A program made the position numbers and the translations under genes. The notes beneath the pieces are model-generated. The model had not been told where the DNA came from. It did not search any database and was given only the letters and a program-made list of their open reading frames with translations. From positions 430,404,001-430,468,000 of the forward strand of contig OZ024740.1 in assembly GCA_964016885.1 (NCBI GenBank): a stretch of DNA of 64,000 nt, given 5' to 3'. This DNA is from Eledone cirrhosa. Its lineage: Eukaryota. Shown here one piece after another: positions 24,765 through 37,500 of the stretch; the stretch's first letter is position 1; each line of letters opens with the position of its first letter.

Positions 24765-25639
24765 ATATCTGTATATCTACATACTGTAGTGGATATATAG
24801 ATACACACACACACATATTAAATATTTATTATTCATTAAATGACACTAGCATGTGTAGTGTCATCATCATCATCATCATCATCAGGTTTAGCGTCCGTGT
24901 TCCACGCTTGCATGGGTTTGGACGGGGGTTTTCCCACTTGAGGCAAGAGTGGTTGTCTTGCTCGCATAGGACTGTCTGGCGGGTTTTCTACAGTTGGATG
25001 CCCTTCCTAACACCAACCACATTTACAGTGTGGGGCTGGGAGGTTTTTACTGTGTTGCCTACACGGCCACATTACAGCGTGGACTGTCTGGCGGGTTTTC
25101 TACAGCTGGATGCCCTTCCTAACACCAACCACATTTACAGTGTGGGGCTGGGAGGTTTTTACCGTGTTGCCTACACGGCCACATTTACAGCGTGGACTGT
25201 GTGTTTTTTGTCGTGACACCTACACGATCTCATTTGTTTGTATATTGATATTATACACAAATATATACACATGTAGATATGATACATCAAATGAAAATTA
25301 AACTGACAATATGCCCAGAAATTGAAGAGAGACTGTGTTACACTCTCTTCTGTAATCAGTAAAGTAATCCATGATACATTTAAAAAAGACGATATTATAT
25401 ATAAACTACATTACAGTGAAATGTAATGAAAACAGAAAAGAAGAAAATGAGATTAGCAATGGAAATATAAACGTTATGATATAATGATGGAAATATATGA
25501 ATGTTTATATAAGTGATATGATATAGCATATGGCGAAATGTTATGATATAATGGACGTTAACGTTCACTCTCTCTCTCTCTTTATATATATGTATATATG
25601 GAGGAAGTTATAGTTCACTTGAAGCATTGTGTAATGAGG

Positions 25640-26585
25640 TATAAACGTTTGTATATGTATAATAAAGCCAAAACAATGCAGGTATGGACATAGAATAAAG
25701 AATGCAAATGCAAAAGATATTGTTGACAATTAGTCTTTTACCTTAGATTTATTTAAATGTCCTTAATTTTCGAGACAATATCTCTTCTTCGGAGGGAAGT
25801 AAAGCGATTAATCAGTGTTCTAAATAGCTTGCCAAGTCAAGCTGACAGGAAATGGTATAGAGTATCTGTTCTATCTCTAATGTCAAAGAGTTAGGTTAGG
25901 TGGATAAAGAGTAGTCTCCCTTTAAAAGGGTTTTAAAAAAAATTTTTTTTTTAGGATAGAAACTAAGGAAAGAAACCTCGGCAATCTTAGAATTAAGGAA
26001 GCACTAATTATAGACAAAACACAACCACCTATCAATAATAGACTAGAACTCAACACCCAATTTATAACTTGATAGAGCATCTAGCCCCATATTTACACAC
26101 ACACACACACGCTTACACCTCCACTTATTCTCTCACACACACACACACATAAAGACCAGTTCTAACACGAGATAACATCTATCCCCCACATTTACGTATA
26201 GAGATATCTTCTCACACTCACACACACACACTCACATACTTACACCTTCATGCATTCTCCCACACACTTAAACAGGCATGTACAAAAAAAAAAACCCTTT
26301 TAAAGGGAGACTACTCTTTATCCACCTAACCTAACTCTTTGACATTAGAGATAGAACAGATACTCTATACCATTTCCTGTCAGCTTGACTTGGCAAGCTA
26401 TTTAGAACACTGATTAATCGCTTTACTTCCCTCCGAAGAAGAGATATTATCTCGAAAATTAAGGACATTTAAATAAATCTAAGGTAAAAGACTAATTGTC
26501 AACAATATCTTTTGCATTTGCATTCTTTATTCTATGTCCATACCTGCATTGTTTTGGCTTTATTATACATATACAAACGTTTATA
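25640..26585. mobile_element. Penelope-like element remnant: ~295-bp inverted arms around the GIY-YIG C-terminus
   Basis: 25956-26072 (+) translates IETKERNLGNLRIKEALIIDKTQPPINNRLELNTQFIT*; arms 25640-25934 and 26291-26585 are near-perfect complements and carry a degenerate hammerhead (26428-26466). Confidence 0.85.
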
Positions 26586-26700
26586 TATGTATATATATAT
26601 ATATATATGCAGAGGTTATATTTAATTTGTTGGGATTCAACAAGCTTAAACATTTTTATAACTGATATAAAGCACTCAACAATTGAGTGGAGTAAATACA

Positions 26701-27463
26701 CAATATATTAATAAATGGAAACTATATTTATAAAACCATATTTATTTTATTATACATATAGGCACCTCTAACAAAAATACACCCCCGTCCCACTACGCCC
26801 ACCCCATCCACACCACCCCTTTCAATGTAAAGTTATGTTATGTTGGTACCACAACATCCAGTCCGAAACAAATGAGGTCGTGTAGGTGTCACGACAAAAA
26901 AACACACAGTCCACGCTGTAATGTGGCCGTGTAGGTAACACGGTAAAAACCTCCCAGTCCACACTGTAAACATGGTTGGTGTTAGGAAGGGCATCCAGCT
27001 GTAGAAAACCCGCCAGACAGTCCACGCTGTAATGTGGCCGTGTAGGTAACACGGTAAAAACCTCCCAGCCCCACACTGTAAACATGGTTGGTGTTAGGAA
27101 GGGCATCCAGCTGTAGAAAACCCGCCAGACAGTCCTATGCGAGCAAGACAACCACTCTTGCCTCAAGTGGGAAAACTCCCGTCCAAACCCATGCAAGCAT
27201 GGAAGATGGACGTTAAACGATGATGATGATTTCAAGGGCAACCAAGGCAAATTATGGTGCGCTTTCATCAGATAAAATACAGATTTGTTTTATAAACAAA
27301 TATTGACATTGTCTTTTTTCCGGGTATGTCAATATTTATTTATAAAACAAATCTGTATTTTATCTGATGAAAGCGCACCATAATTTGCCTTGGTTGCCCT
27401 TGAAATATGTATAATAAAATAAATATGGTTTTATAAATATAGTTTCCATTTATTAATATATTG
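26701..27463. mobile_element. Hammerhead-bearing fold-back element interrupted by an RTE 3'-UTR insert (26761-27229)
   Basis: Left arm 26701-26760 plus 27229-27309 is complementary to 27326-27463. Confidence 0.8.
27356..27421 (+). ncRNA. Minimal type I hammerhead
   Basis: tattttat-CTGATGA-aagcgcacca...tggttgccctt-GAAA-tatgta-TA-ataaaata. Confidence 0.65.
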
Positions 27464-27520
<57 letters not shown>

Positions 27521-28289
27521 GTCACATAGTCACTCTATCTATCTATATCTCTCTTCACACACACACAATCTCATTCTTTCTCGCTCTGTCCATATATATG
27601 GTAGTTGAAGTGGTGATGGTGGTAGTTGAAGGGTGGTGGTGGTGGTGGTGGTGGTTGTAGTTGGGGGTGATAGTGACATTTGAAAATATTAACAGAAGTG
27701 AATTTTGAAATAAGAAATACATTAACATAAAATTATTTATGTTTAATTAAGAGCTACGAAATTTAGTACATAAATTATATAATATTCATACATGATTTAT
27801 TCAAAGTAATCCAATTTATTTTAGTAACGTGATAAAAAAAATAAACTGGACACAGTCTCGCACTACTCCCTTTATTCTAAAGTCTGAAGTCTGTCCTAAG
27901 CCAGAAGGCTCAATTGGCTAGTGTTTATCCCAGTTTCATGACGTGAAGCAACTGAGAGAACAAGACTCCCCCTGGACAGGACGCCAATCCATCACAGGGT
28001 TAAATCTCCAGCTATTGCTGGTACTCATTTTCAACTGAGTATACTGGAGCAATGTGAAATGAAGTGTTTTGCTCAAGAACACAACACACAACCCAGGAAT
28101 CGAACCAACGACATTATGATTGTAAGTCCAACACCCTTACCAGTAGGCCACTTGCCTCCATGTCTCCCTTTATTATATATAGATATATTTGAGTGTGTAT
28201 GTGTGAGTGTGTGTTTGACAGGAATCATACAGTTTCCAATATTCTATTATTTTAGGCAGTGACATTTTCCCTAAAAAAAATATACTTAC

Positions 28290-28517
28290 TTCTCTGTAAA
28301 CTTCTGCGCTAGTCTGTCTTTCGTTTGTTCAAGGGTAGACTTCATTGCAGCTAACTTTCTCTCCAATTCTACTTTTATTGCATAAGTCTTATCAATATTT
28401 TCCATTAGAATATGCTTTTCTTTGTCCCGTTCCAAACTTATGTTCTCTAGATATGTCACAGTTTCAAAGCATTCATCATACTCCAATTTTAAGACCATTT
28501 TCTCCTTTTCAACAACC
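28290..28517 (-). CDS. CCDC146: CCDC146-like exon 7 (VVEKEKMVLKLEY...LAQKFTE)
   Basis: ttttag acceptor, GTAAGT donor, 228 nt, coiled-coil-like (ORF 28286..28498). Confidence 0.85.
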
Positions 28518-28890
28518 CTAAAACATGCAAACAGAAAATGAAATGAAAACCAAGAGATTAGTTAGACTGTTAAAATAATATACATCAAAACTAATAATCA
28601 TGTAATTATGTCAGTGCTAGGTACACCATATCCCTGTGTTAGCACTAGGAAGGGCATCTGTCCATAAAACATTGCCTCAATAAAGAGTCTAGGGTGAGTA
28701 TGAAATTTGCTATGGAGCTCATTCTAACAGGAAAATGGCTTTAACAGAGCTATTGCTGTTGTATGTTGGTGTTAATATATTAAATGCAGTGAACCAAGAA
28801 ATTAGAATTAACTAAAGTTATACCTGTAGTGAAGAGGAAAAAAATCCATTTACTTAATAAAAAAATTCTTGTCAAAATAGGTAAGGAAGT

Positions 28891-29097
28891 CATCTTTGAA
28901 ATTTAGCATCCCTGTGTAACAACCATATATGTTTGTGTATAAGGTCACTAATGTAAGACATCTTTGAAATTTAGCATCCCTGGGTAACAACCATATATGT
29001 TTGTGTATAAGGTCACTAATGTAAGACATCTTTGAAATTTAGCATCCCTATGTAATAACCACATATGTTTGTGTATAAGTTGACTAATGTAAGACAA
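28891..29097. repeat. 68-bp tandem repeat x3
   Basis: Unit catctttgaaatttagcatccc...taatgtaaga. Confidence 0.9.
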
Positions 29098-30050
29098 GTG
29101 CAAACATTTTTTCCTAAATACCAATATTTTTCACTTGTTCTCTAATTCCCATCATTTTGTCCATCCTTCTTTTGTCCATGTTTACATGATTTAGTTGCTT
29201 CTCAAAACCTCCCATCTCATATCACAGCAACATATACCAACTTATTTTGCATCGGGATTTAATGGCTCAATGCCCTTCCTGTCACCAACCACTTTAAACA
29301 TCTTATTATACCACTAATAATGATGATGATGATGGTGGTGGTGGTGACAATGATGATGATGATGATGGTGATTACTTAATGTCATTGCAATGTTTTCGAA
29401 AACATTTCTGAAATTATAGAATTGTATAAGGAATTAGTGGTATGTAGAGTCAAACTATTGGAAATTCTACACCCTTAACCCTTTTGATACCAAACTGCCT
29501 GAAACTCCTGATTTTATGATTAAAAAACTTTTTAAAGTATTTAAATTCAACTAAAAATCTCCCATTATAATTTTATGTAAGAACCGTTGTTAAGTTATAC
29601 TTAAAACAAGTTTCAAACTAAAAAAGGTATATTAGTGGTTGATAGCTTCCAGTACCTAGGTGATTAGATTAGCATGGGAGGGGAAGGGGGTGTTCCAAGG
29701 CCATAGTATCTAGAATAAGGACAGGTTGGAAGAAATTTATGGAGCTGCTTCCTCTGCTGACAAAGAAGGGTTTCTCCCTGTGTACAAAAGGCTGGTTATA
29801 TGATGCCTGTGTGAGATGCGCGATGCTGCATGGTAGTGAGACATGGGCAGCAACTACAGAAGATATGCGACGGCTGGAGAGAAATGAAGCAAGCATGCTC
29901 CGTTGGATGTGCAATGTCAATGTGCGTGAACAACCGAGCATAGATGAGTTGAGAATAAGTTGTGGTGCACAGGAGAGAAGACTGAGATGGTATGGACATG
30001 TGATGTGCATGGAAGATGACCGCTGGGTAAAGAAGTGCAAAGAAATCCCA

Positions 30051-32195
30051 GTATGGATAGCGTGTACAGCATCGGTGCCACGTAAGCAGAAAAAAAAAAC
30101 ACCCTAAAAGTGCAATTTGGGAAACTTCAGCGGTCCGATTTGCCAGGAAAGAACGTCGGAACGCTGAACGGGAATATAAACTGCATAAATCAGATGCCAA
30201 CAGAAAAAAGTGGAATAAATCTTCCAACCATCTCAAGCAAGTGACAAAGAAGGCAGTGCTTGAATTTGAACAGTGCATAGCAACCAATCCTGACAGTAAG
30301 GTGTTCTGGAAATATGTTCATTCAAAGCAGAGACCTCACTCTCCAGTTGGTCCTCTTCGCAATCCCCACACAAGCCAGATCACTGACGATCCCAAAGAAT
30401 GCACAGAACTCATTGCTGAGTGCTATGCAATAATTTTTACTGTTGAAAACCAGAATATACCATCTCCACCATCTCTAACATCAAATTCCATAACAACTAT
30501 GGAATTTACACCTGCAATGTTGTGACGTTACCTTAAGAATAAGCGCAACTATGCCTCCCCTGGTCTTGATGGTGTGACATACCTGCTTCTCAAACGTGGC
30601 GGGTACTTCCTTTTGCACCAGCTTTCTTTCTTCTTTCAATACTGTCTCAACAATGGTGCTACTCCAGAGCAGTGGAAAACTGCCAGTGTCATTCCCCTGT
30701 TCAAAAAGGGCAACCGCATGTCACCTGTCAACTATCGTCCAGTCAGTCTCACTAGCTGTATGGCCAAACTGATGGAATCCTGTGTCAGAGAAACACTTTG
30801 GAACTTCTGGAGCTCTCACAGCCTCATCCGGCCCTCACAGTTTGGATTTATCCCTAACTCCAGCTGCTGTGATCAGCTTATCGAGTTCCTTGAAGACATT
30901 ACCCGGATCACTGACAGCGGCTCATGGGTGGATGTTGTTTACCTTGACTTTGCTAAGGCTTTTAATTCTGTGCCACACAAAAGACTTATGGCAAAACTCT
31001 CTGCAATGGGTGTGAGGGATGATCTTTTTAACTGGTTGAAATCCTTCATTCTCAGCTGAAAAAAGGTAGTCACGGTTCTAGGACAGCATTCTTCACCATA
31101 TGAGATGTCATCTGGTGTACCACAGGGATCTGTTCTTGGTCCCCTTTTGTTTGTGGCATATATTAATGACATAGATGCCAACTTAAAGAATGTCACGGTA
31201 GTGAAATATGCAGATGACATCAAGCTGTACCTTGAAATCAAAAGGACTGATCCTGAAATCTACAACTCTTTCCTACAATCAGAAAACAGCACAGCTCCCA
31301 TGACTTTCGTAGACATTTTTTCACGCTCAGAGTTGCTGAAGCATGGAACAAACTGCCTGCGTCAGTTGTTAGCTGCCGAGACACTGCATCCTTTAAAACC
31401 CTCATGCTTCCCGAAATATACCAAAACTACACCTGATGTACCCCTTCCATACACATGCACACGTGTATATCATGACTCATGCACTGTTCATTTTCCTGAC
31501 GTTTGTACATTACCCTATGTACTATACATACACTTTTTGATGAGTTTGTAGCGGTTGTCTCCCTTGTTTTGGTTGGGATCTAGACGGGAAGTAGAACCCT
31601 TTCTGCAACTTCCGGTCAGAACCCTATAAAACTAACAACTTTAAGCTAACTCTCTCTCATTGCCCTTCCGGCGCCCTGGCTTTAGCCAGGCGTCCTCTGC
31701 CAGCCGCGTTTGCCTGGCAATCAAAACGGTAACTACTAACTTTGTTTCATTCTAACATCTATCTTTGACATGTCAAGTATTCTATCTACCGTTAATTAAA
31801 TATTATACACACAAACCATGTCTCGTTTTGTTATATTCATACAACCCAGTATCCTCGCTATATTGGTAACCCTAACGTGATACGAACACGCAGCCGTTCA
31901 TCGCTATAAGTGGTCACCCCCCCAAAAAAAAGAAAAAAATAGCACATCTGGTTTTGTGAGTAACATTACGAATACACAGCAAATTTAGCGACAAACTATG
32001 AAAATACTCAAGGACACGCACACACGCACATGTGGAATTCGCACAGACAGACTTTTTCTCTCACGCATTATGTAGCGGTTGTCTCCCTTGTTTTGGTTGG
32101 GATCTAGACGGGAAGTAGAACCCTTTCTGCAACTTCCGGTCAGAACCCTATAAGTTGTAGTGCACCTAAGCACTGTACACAATATTTCATTATTA
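30051..32195 (+). mobile_element. CR1-group LINE copy with stops and an internal deletion at ~31281
   Basis: Highly similar to 19795-22612; sequence jumps from FLQS directly to the KQHSSHDF region. Confidence 0.9.
31547..32153 (+). mobile_element. LTR-like element: ~360-bp LTR, PBS-like TGGT, short spacer, truncated second LTR
   Basis: TGTAGCG...CGCTATA termini (31547-31908), agtggtcaccc follows; the first ~83 bp repeat exactly at 32071-32153. Confidence 0.6.
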
Positions 32196-32709
32196 TAGAA
32201 GGAAGACAGTAGAGGAAGCCACGAAAAACATGGGTGGAGGTGGTGAGAGCAGACCTCAGATCACTGAAGCTCACTGAGGAGATGACAAAGGACCGTAACA
32301 AGTGGAGAGATGCTGTGCTGAATAGGACCCGTCCCATCCTTGCAAGCAGGGAAAAGTGGACGTAAAATGATGATGATGATGATGATATTACTAAATCCAT
32401 TCAAATTCTTGATTATATTTTTAATTTGATGGGGTGTCATGGACAAAGTCACTAATTAAAGTGGTTCATTTGCCAAATATTAACAATATTTATAAAGGTC
32501 TCACTGAAATATAGTTATTATTATATTTAGTATATTACAGACCTTTACATTCTGAGTTCAAATCCCGCTGAGGTTAACTTTGCCTTTCATCCTTACAGAG
32601 TCAATAAAATAAAGTACCAGTAATGCACATAATCAGTTTAACCACCTTCTCCCCAGAAAATAGTAGGCAGTGTCTTTCATTGAAAGGATTAAATTTTAAA
32701 TATACTTAC

Positions 32710-32783
32710 TGAATCTTTCTGGAAATTTTATCTCCTTCTTTCGCAATTTGATTTGGTATAGATACTATATGATAAAGTTCCAT
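32710..32783 (-). CDS. CCDC146: CCDC146-like exon 6 (MELYHIVSIPNQIAKEGDKISRKI)
   Basis: cttag acceptor, GTAAGT donor, 74 nt; IP.QI.KE..KI.RK motif. Confidence 0.85.
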
Positions 32784-33110
32784 CTAAGTGATTGAATTAG
32801 AAACAAAAAATAATAAGAAAAGATGCGTATTTTAAGAGACTTCCTTTTCTATAAAAAGTTTAGCATCCCTACTTTGGGGTTAACAGCTAACATCAACTAA
32901 ACCCTCTATAATTTGAGAAGTCTATCTTCTAAATTTATTAGTTTTTAGAATCAAATAGGCAAAAACAGAAGAGAAGATGGCCAGTTTCATAAGAGAATTA
33001 AGTACTTTTCAATGGTTCTCTGTTGTCAACTTTGCTGTTTATCCTTTCAGGTGAGATAAAGTACCAGAGATTGGTAAAATAAAAGTAACCAATCAGGACA
33101 TTAATCAATT

Positions 33111-33308
33111 TTAGCAGTGGAGACTTCTGGTGTCCTCAGCCCTAAGGCTACCTCTCTACTCACCACCGTAGGCACTGAGCTGGCCAGCCGCAAGTGTGAG
33201 CCCTGCGAGTTGGAGTGGCTTTTCCAGTGCATCTCCCTTGCCGTCCTCCGGGAAAACGCCTTCTCCATTCTGTCCGCCGGGGCTGTGGGGAGACAAGCCA
33301 ATTATATT
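33111..33308 (+). mobile_element. 3' end of a CRE-clade non-LTR retrotransposon (RLE C-terminus)
   Basis: LAVETSG...EWLFQCISLAVLRENAFSIL resembles the AVET.G...L.QR.S.AVQRGNA.SI signature. Confidence 0.7.
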
Positions 33309-33659
33309 ACGAATTCTGTTGAATAGTCTTAAATACATTTACTTGAGTTCAGTCTGGAACTATAATTTAGTACAACATATACACTGAATATAAAAAAACA
33401 TAAAAGGACATAATATTAGTAGCTAGAAAAACCTTAAATTTGATAATATCAATGTGTTATCTCTTCTGTCTCTATACAGAGTTGTAATTCCATCTCCTGT
33501 CATGTGATGCTTCTGTCAGGAATTGTGACCAAAATGTCTTTCTTGCTCATATGTTCCATTTTGGCATGGTTTCTAAGGCTAGATACCATTCTTGATATAG
33601 TTTATAAATTCTCAACAGAAAAAGATTTATTTCTATAAGATATAACACCTTCATTACTC

Positions 33660-33850
33660 TATACATATTATTTCACCTCAATTGGTCCCACTCTCTTTAA
33701 CATTACATCAAAACACATTAAAACAGAAACAGATCCCATAAAATTCAAAAAGTCTTTGGACAAATTCCTCCAAGAAATCTTGAATAAACCCCCTACACGA
33801 AGATATGTTTCTGTAAACAATAACTCTCTACTTGAGTGTGCCATGGTGTC
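33660..33850 (+). mobile_element. Old CR1/L2-group LINE 3' fragment
   Basis: YFTSIGPTLFN...FKKSLDKFLQ..NKPP....NNNSL. Confidence 0.55.
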
Positions 33851-34022
33851 CAAATCCTGATTTCTCCAGGTGGTTCTATTAAGTTAGACATGGCCTGGGC
33901 CAATACTGGCCGAAAGTTATCAAAGTTAAACTTCTCAACTTCTCAACTTAGAAAGACTTCAATCAAATCCCAAGTTTCAAAAATTGAAACTAAAAATTAA
34001 TAGGAAAAGAAACTGAAATAAC

Positions 34023-34199
34023 CGTTGAATTTTCCATTTTTTCCTTCAGTAGGTCATATCCTTTATTCTCTTGCTTCTGCTTTTGATTGCTCTCGGCTTT
34101 CTCTTCTTGAAAATGTTTTACATCTAAACGACTTTGATAAATTTCCTTCTTAGTATCCTCAACATACTTCTGAAGTTCTTTTAACTTTGATCTCATTTC
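34023..34199 (-). CDS. CCDC146: CCDC146-like exon 5 (EMRSKLKELQ...KEKMENST)
   Basis: atttag acceptor, GT donor, 177 nt phase 0-0, heptad-like composition (ORF 33990..34196). Confidence 0.85.
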
Positions 34200-34559
34200 C
34201 TAAATCAAAAATGTCAAAAACTTCATTAACCCTTTAGCATTCACATTAATCTATATTTACTATTGTATTTTCATGGTAAACACTTTATTTCACATAATTA
34301 TCTCACATAATATCGAATCTATTTTGAGAACAATACCTGAACATAAGTATGAGCAGCTGGTTACTGCCAGTTTGAACAGAAAGGTGGATATGGCTGGTTT
34401 GAATGCTAAAGGGAAATCATATTTAATCAATTAATTATCAATTAATGGTTTCTCATTTATCAATTGGGCCTTAGTATGAAGCCTGTTATAGGGTCCAAGG
34501 CTAATCCCTGCATTAGCAGAGAAAATGGTCTTAAAGTGCTTGTCAAATAGCAATGGAAA

Positions 34560-37500
34560 CTCAACCGATATGGTCACATAAACACAAGATAGAATGATGG
34601 TTGTAAACACAAAGTCCCTTACAGGTGAGGAATACACCTCTCAATATAACCTGGTAGTCAGTGACTTACTAATTAGAGCTAGGTGATGGAGAGCAACCCG
34701 GAGGAGAAGAATATGGAAATCGAAAGAGCCCTCAGCCTGAAACAAATTTAAGGATATCTTACTTGACACTTTTGACAATAAGGAAGAAGAAATAGCAACA
34801 TACAATATGGAGGAGTAGAGTGAGTTCCAGAAATATAATCTATTGAGGTGGAGCAGGGGGTCCAGGGAATAGGAGAGTGATTTGGTGGGGGAATAGTAAG
34901 GTGGATGAAACAATTAAGGCCAAGAGACAGGCATGAAAGACATGGCAAAATGGAGGTAGCAGAGAGTTTTACCAAGTGCCAAGGAGAGAGGCGACAAATT
35001 ACCATCAGGACACTCAACTTTGTGATATCCTCAGAGCTGCTGCCAGGAAGACAGCCACTTATATTTTCATTGCAAGAGACTTCAATCACCCTGAGATTGA
35101 CTGGGAAACCTTTCGTTGGCCGCCAAGTGCAAATGACTTCCTTGAGCTAGTGCTGGACTCGAGTTGGTCCCAAGTGGTCACCTTCCCAACAAGAGGTGAC
35201 AACATTTTGGACCTACTCTTCACCACTACTCCTGAAACGGTCATCAGTGTTACTGCTGAGGAACCTTTAGGTGACTCTGATCATGCTATGATCATTGCCA
35301 ATCTATCCCTCATGGGCAGTAACAAGAACCACAACCATCTCCAAACTGCTCACTTTGACTGGAATAAAGTAGACTGGAACTGTTACTGCACCGAGTTGCA
35401 ACGGCCAAACTGGCTTGAGTTCTACGACTCTGGAGATGTCAACACTGTACTCCAGAACATCCTGAGCTCAATATGGACAGCATGAGCAGCATCGGTGCCA
35501 CGTAAGCGGAAAAAACATCTCAAAAGTGCAATTTGGGAGTCTGCAGCAGTCCGTCTTGCCAGAAAAGAACGTCGCAATGCTGAACGTGAGTACAAACTGC
35601 ACAAATCAGACATTAATAGGAAGAGGCGAACTAAATCGTCCAACCACCTCAAACAGGTGACAAAAAAGGCAGTGCTTCAATTTGAGCAGCGCATAGCAAC
35701 CAGCCCTGACAGTAAGGTGTTCTGGAAGTATGTTCACTCAAAGCAGAGGCCTCACTCTCCAGTTGGTCCTCTTCGCAATCCCCACACAAGCCAGGTTACT
35801 GACGACCCCAAGGAATGCGCAGAGCTCATTGCTGAATGCTATGCAGGCATTTTCACTATAGAAGACCAGAGTGTACCATCTCCACCACCTATGACACCGG
35901 ACTCTATTACAACCATGGAATTTACACCTGCAATGCTGCGACGTCACCTAAAAAATAAACGCAACCATGCTTCTCCTGGTCTTGATGGTGTTACGTACCT
36001 GCTTCTTAAACATGGTGGGTACTTCCTTCTGCACCAGTTATCACGCTTCTTCCAATTCTGTCTGAACAACGGTGCTACTCCACAACAGTGGAAAACTGCC
36101 AGTGTCATTCCTCTGTTCAAAAAGGGTGACCGCACATCACCTGTGAACTATCATCCAGTCAGTCTTACTAGTTGCATCGCCAAACTGATGGAATCCTGTG
36201 TCAGAGAAACACTTTGGAACTTCTGGAGCTCTCAACTCCAGCTGCTGTGATCAACTTATAGAGTTTCTTGAGGACATCACCCGGATCACTGATGGTGACT
36301 CATGGGTGAATGTTGTTTACCTTGACTTTGCGAAAGCCTTCAATTCTGTGCCACACAAAAGGCTTATGGCAAAACTCTCTGCAACGGGTGTGAAGGATGA
36401 TCTTTTTAACTGGTTGAAGTCCTTCATTCTCAGTCGAAGAGAGGTAGTCACGGTTCTGGGACAGCATTCCTCACCATATGAGATGTCATCTGGTGTACCA
36501 CAGGGATCTGTTCTTGGCCCCCTTTTGTTTGTGGCATATATTAATGACATAGATGCCAACTTAAAGAATGCCACGGTACGAAAGTACGCAGATGACATCA
36601 AGCTGTACCTTGAGATAAAAAGGACAGATCCTGAACACTATAGATCTTGCTTGCAATCTGACCTGGACACAATGCAACAATGGATCTCAGATCAGACTGG
36701 CAACTCAAGCTAGCTGTGGACAAGTGCACCACCATGCATTTTGGGAGTAAAAACCCAGCGTCCACATACTCCCTCCACAGCCCTAATATCAAGAAGTCTT
36801 CTTGTGAACGTGACCTGGGCATTACGGTCAGCAGGGATTTGCGTTGGACGAAGCACGTCTCTAAAATTGTCAAGAGGGCCGAGGGTGTCTTAGCATCACT
36901 CAGCAAGACCTTTGTCAGCCGTTCTCCAGATATCTATTGAAGGCTGTACATGGCTATGGTGCGGCCGCACTTAGAATTTACATCACCAGTCTGGAACCCC
37001 TATCTTGCTCAGAACATTGACCACCTGGAAACTGTTCAGAGACGTGCAACCAAGCGAATACCCTCCATCAGGCATCTACCATACTCTGAGCGCCTTGCTT
37101 CCCTGGGCATGGATACATTGAAGCTCCGACGCCTGGCAACTGACTTGGTAAACACCCACAAAATTGTTAACCATCTTGCCAACAACAACCCTGAGTACCT
37201 TTTTGATTTCCATGTGTCTAACACATGTGGACATGCCCACAAAGTCAGAAAACAGCACAGCTCCCATGACTTTCGGAAACATTTTTTCATGCTCAGAGTT
37301 GCTGAAGCATGGAACAAACTGCCTGCATCAGTTGTTAGCTGCCGAGACACTGCATCCTTTAAGGCCTCCATGCTTCCCGAGATCCGCCAACACTACAGCT
37401 AATGTTCCCCCTCCATACACATACACATATGTATACCATGACTCATACACTATTCACTTCCCTGACATTTGTGTATTATTCTATGTACTATACATACACC

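Larger units (their letters stand above)
29630..32386 (+). mobile_element. RTE LINE 3' part split by CR1 insertion (RTE pieces ~29630-30050 and ~32196-32386)
   Basis: MLHGSETW..RRLRWYGHV..KKC, then RKPRKTW and a (GAT)n tail after the CR1. Confidence 0.8.
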
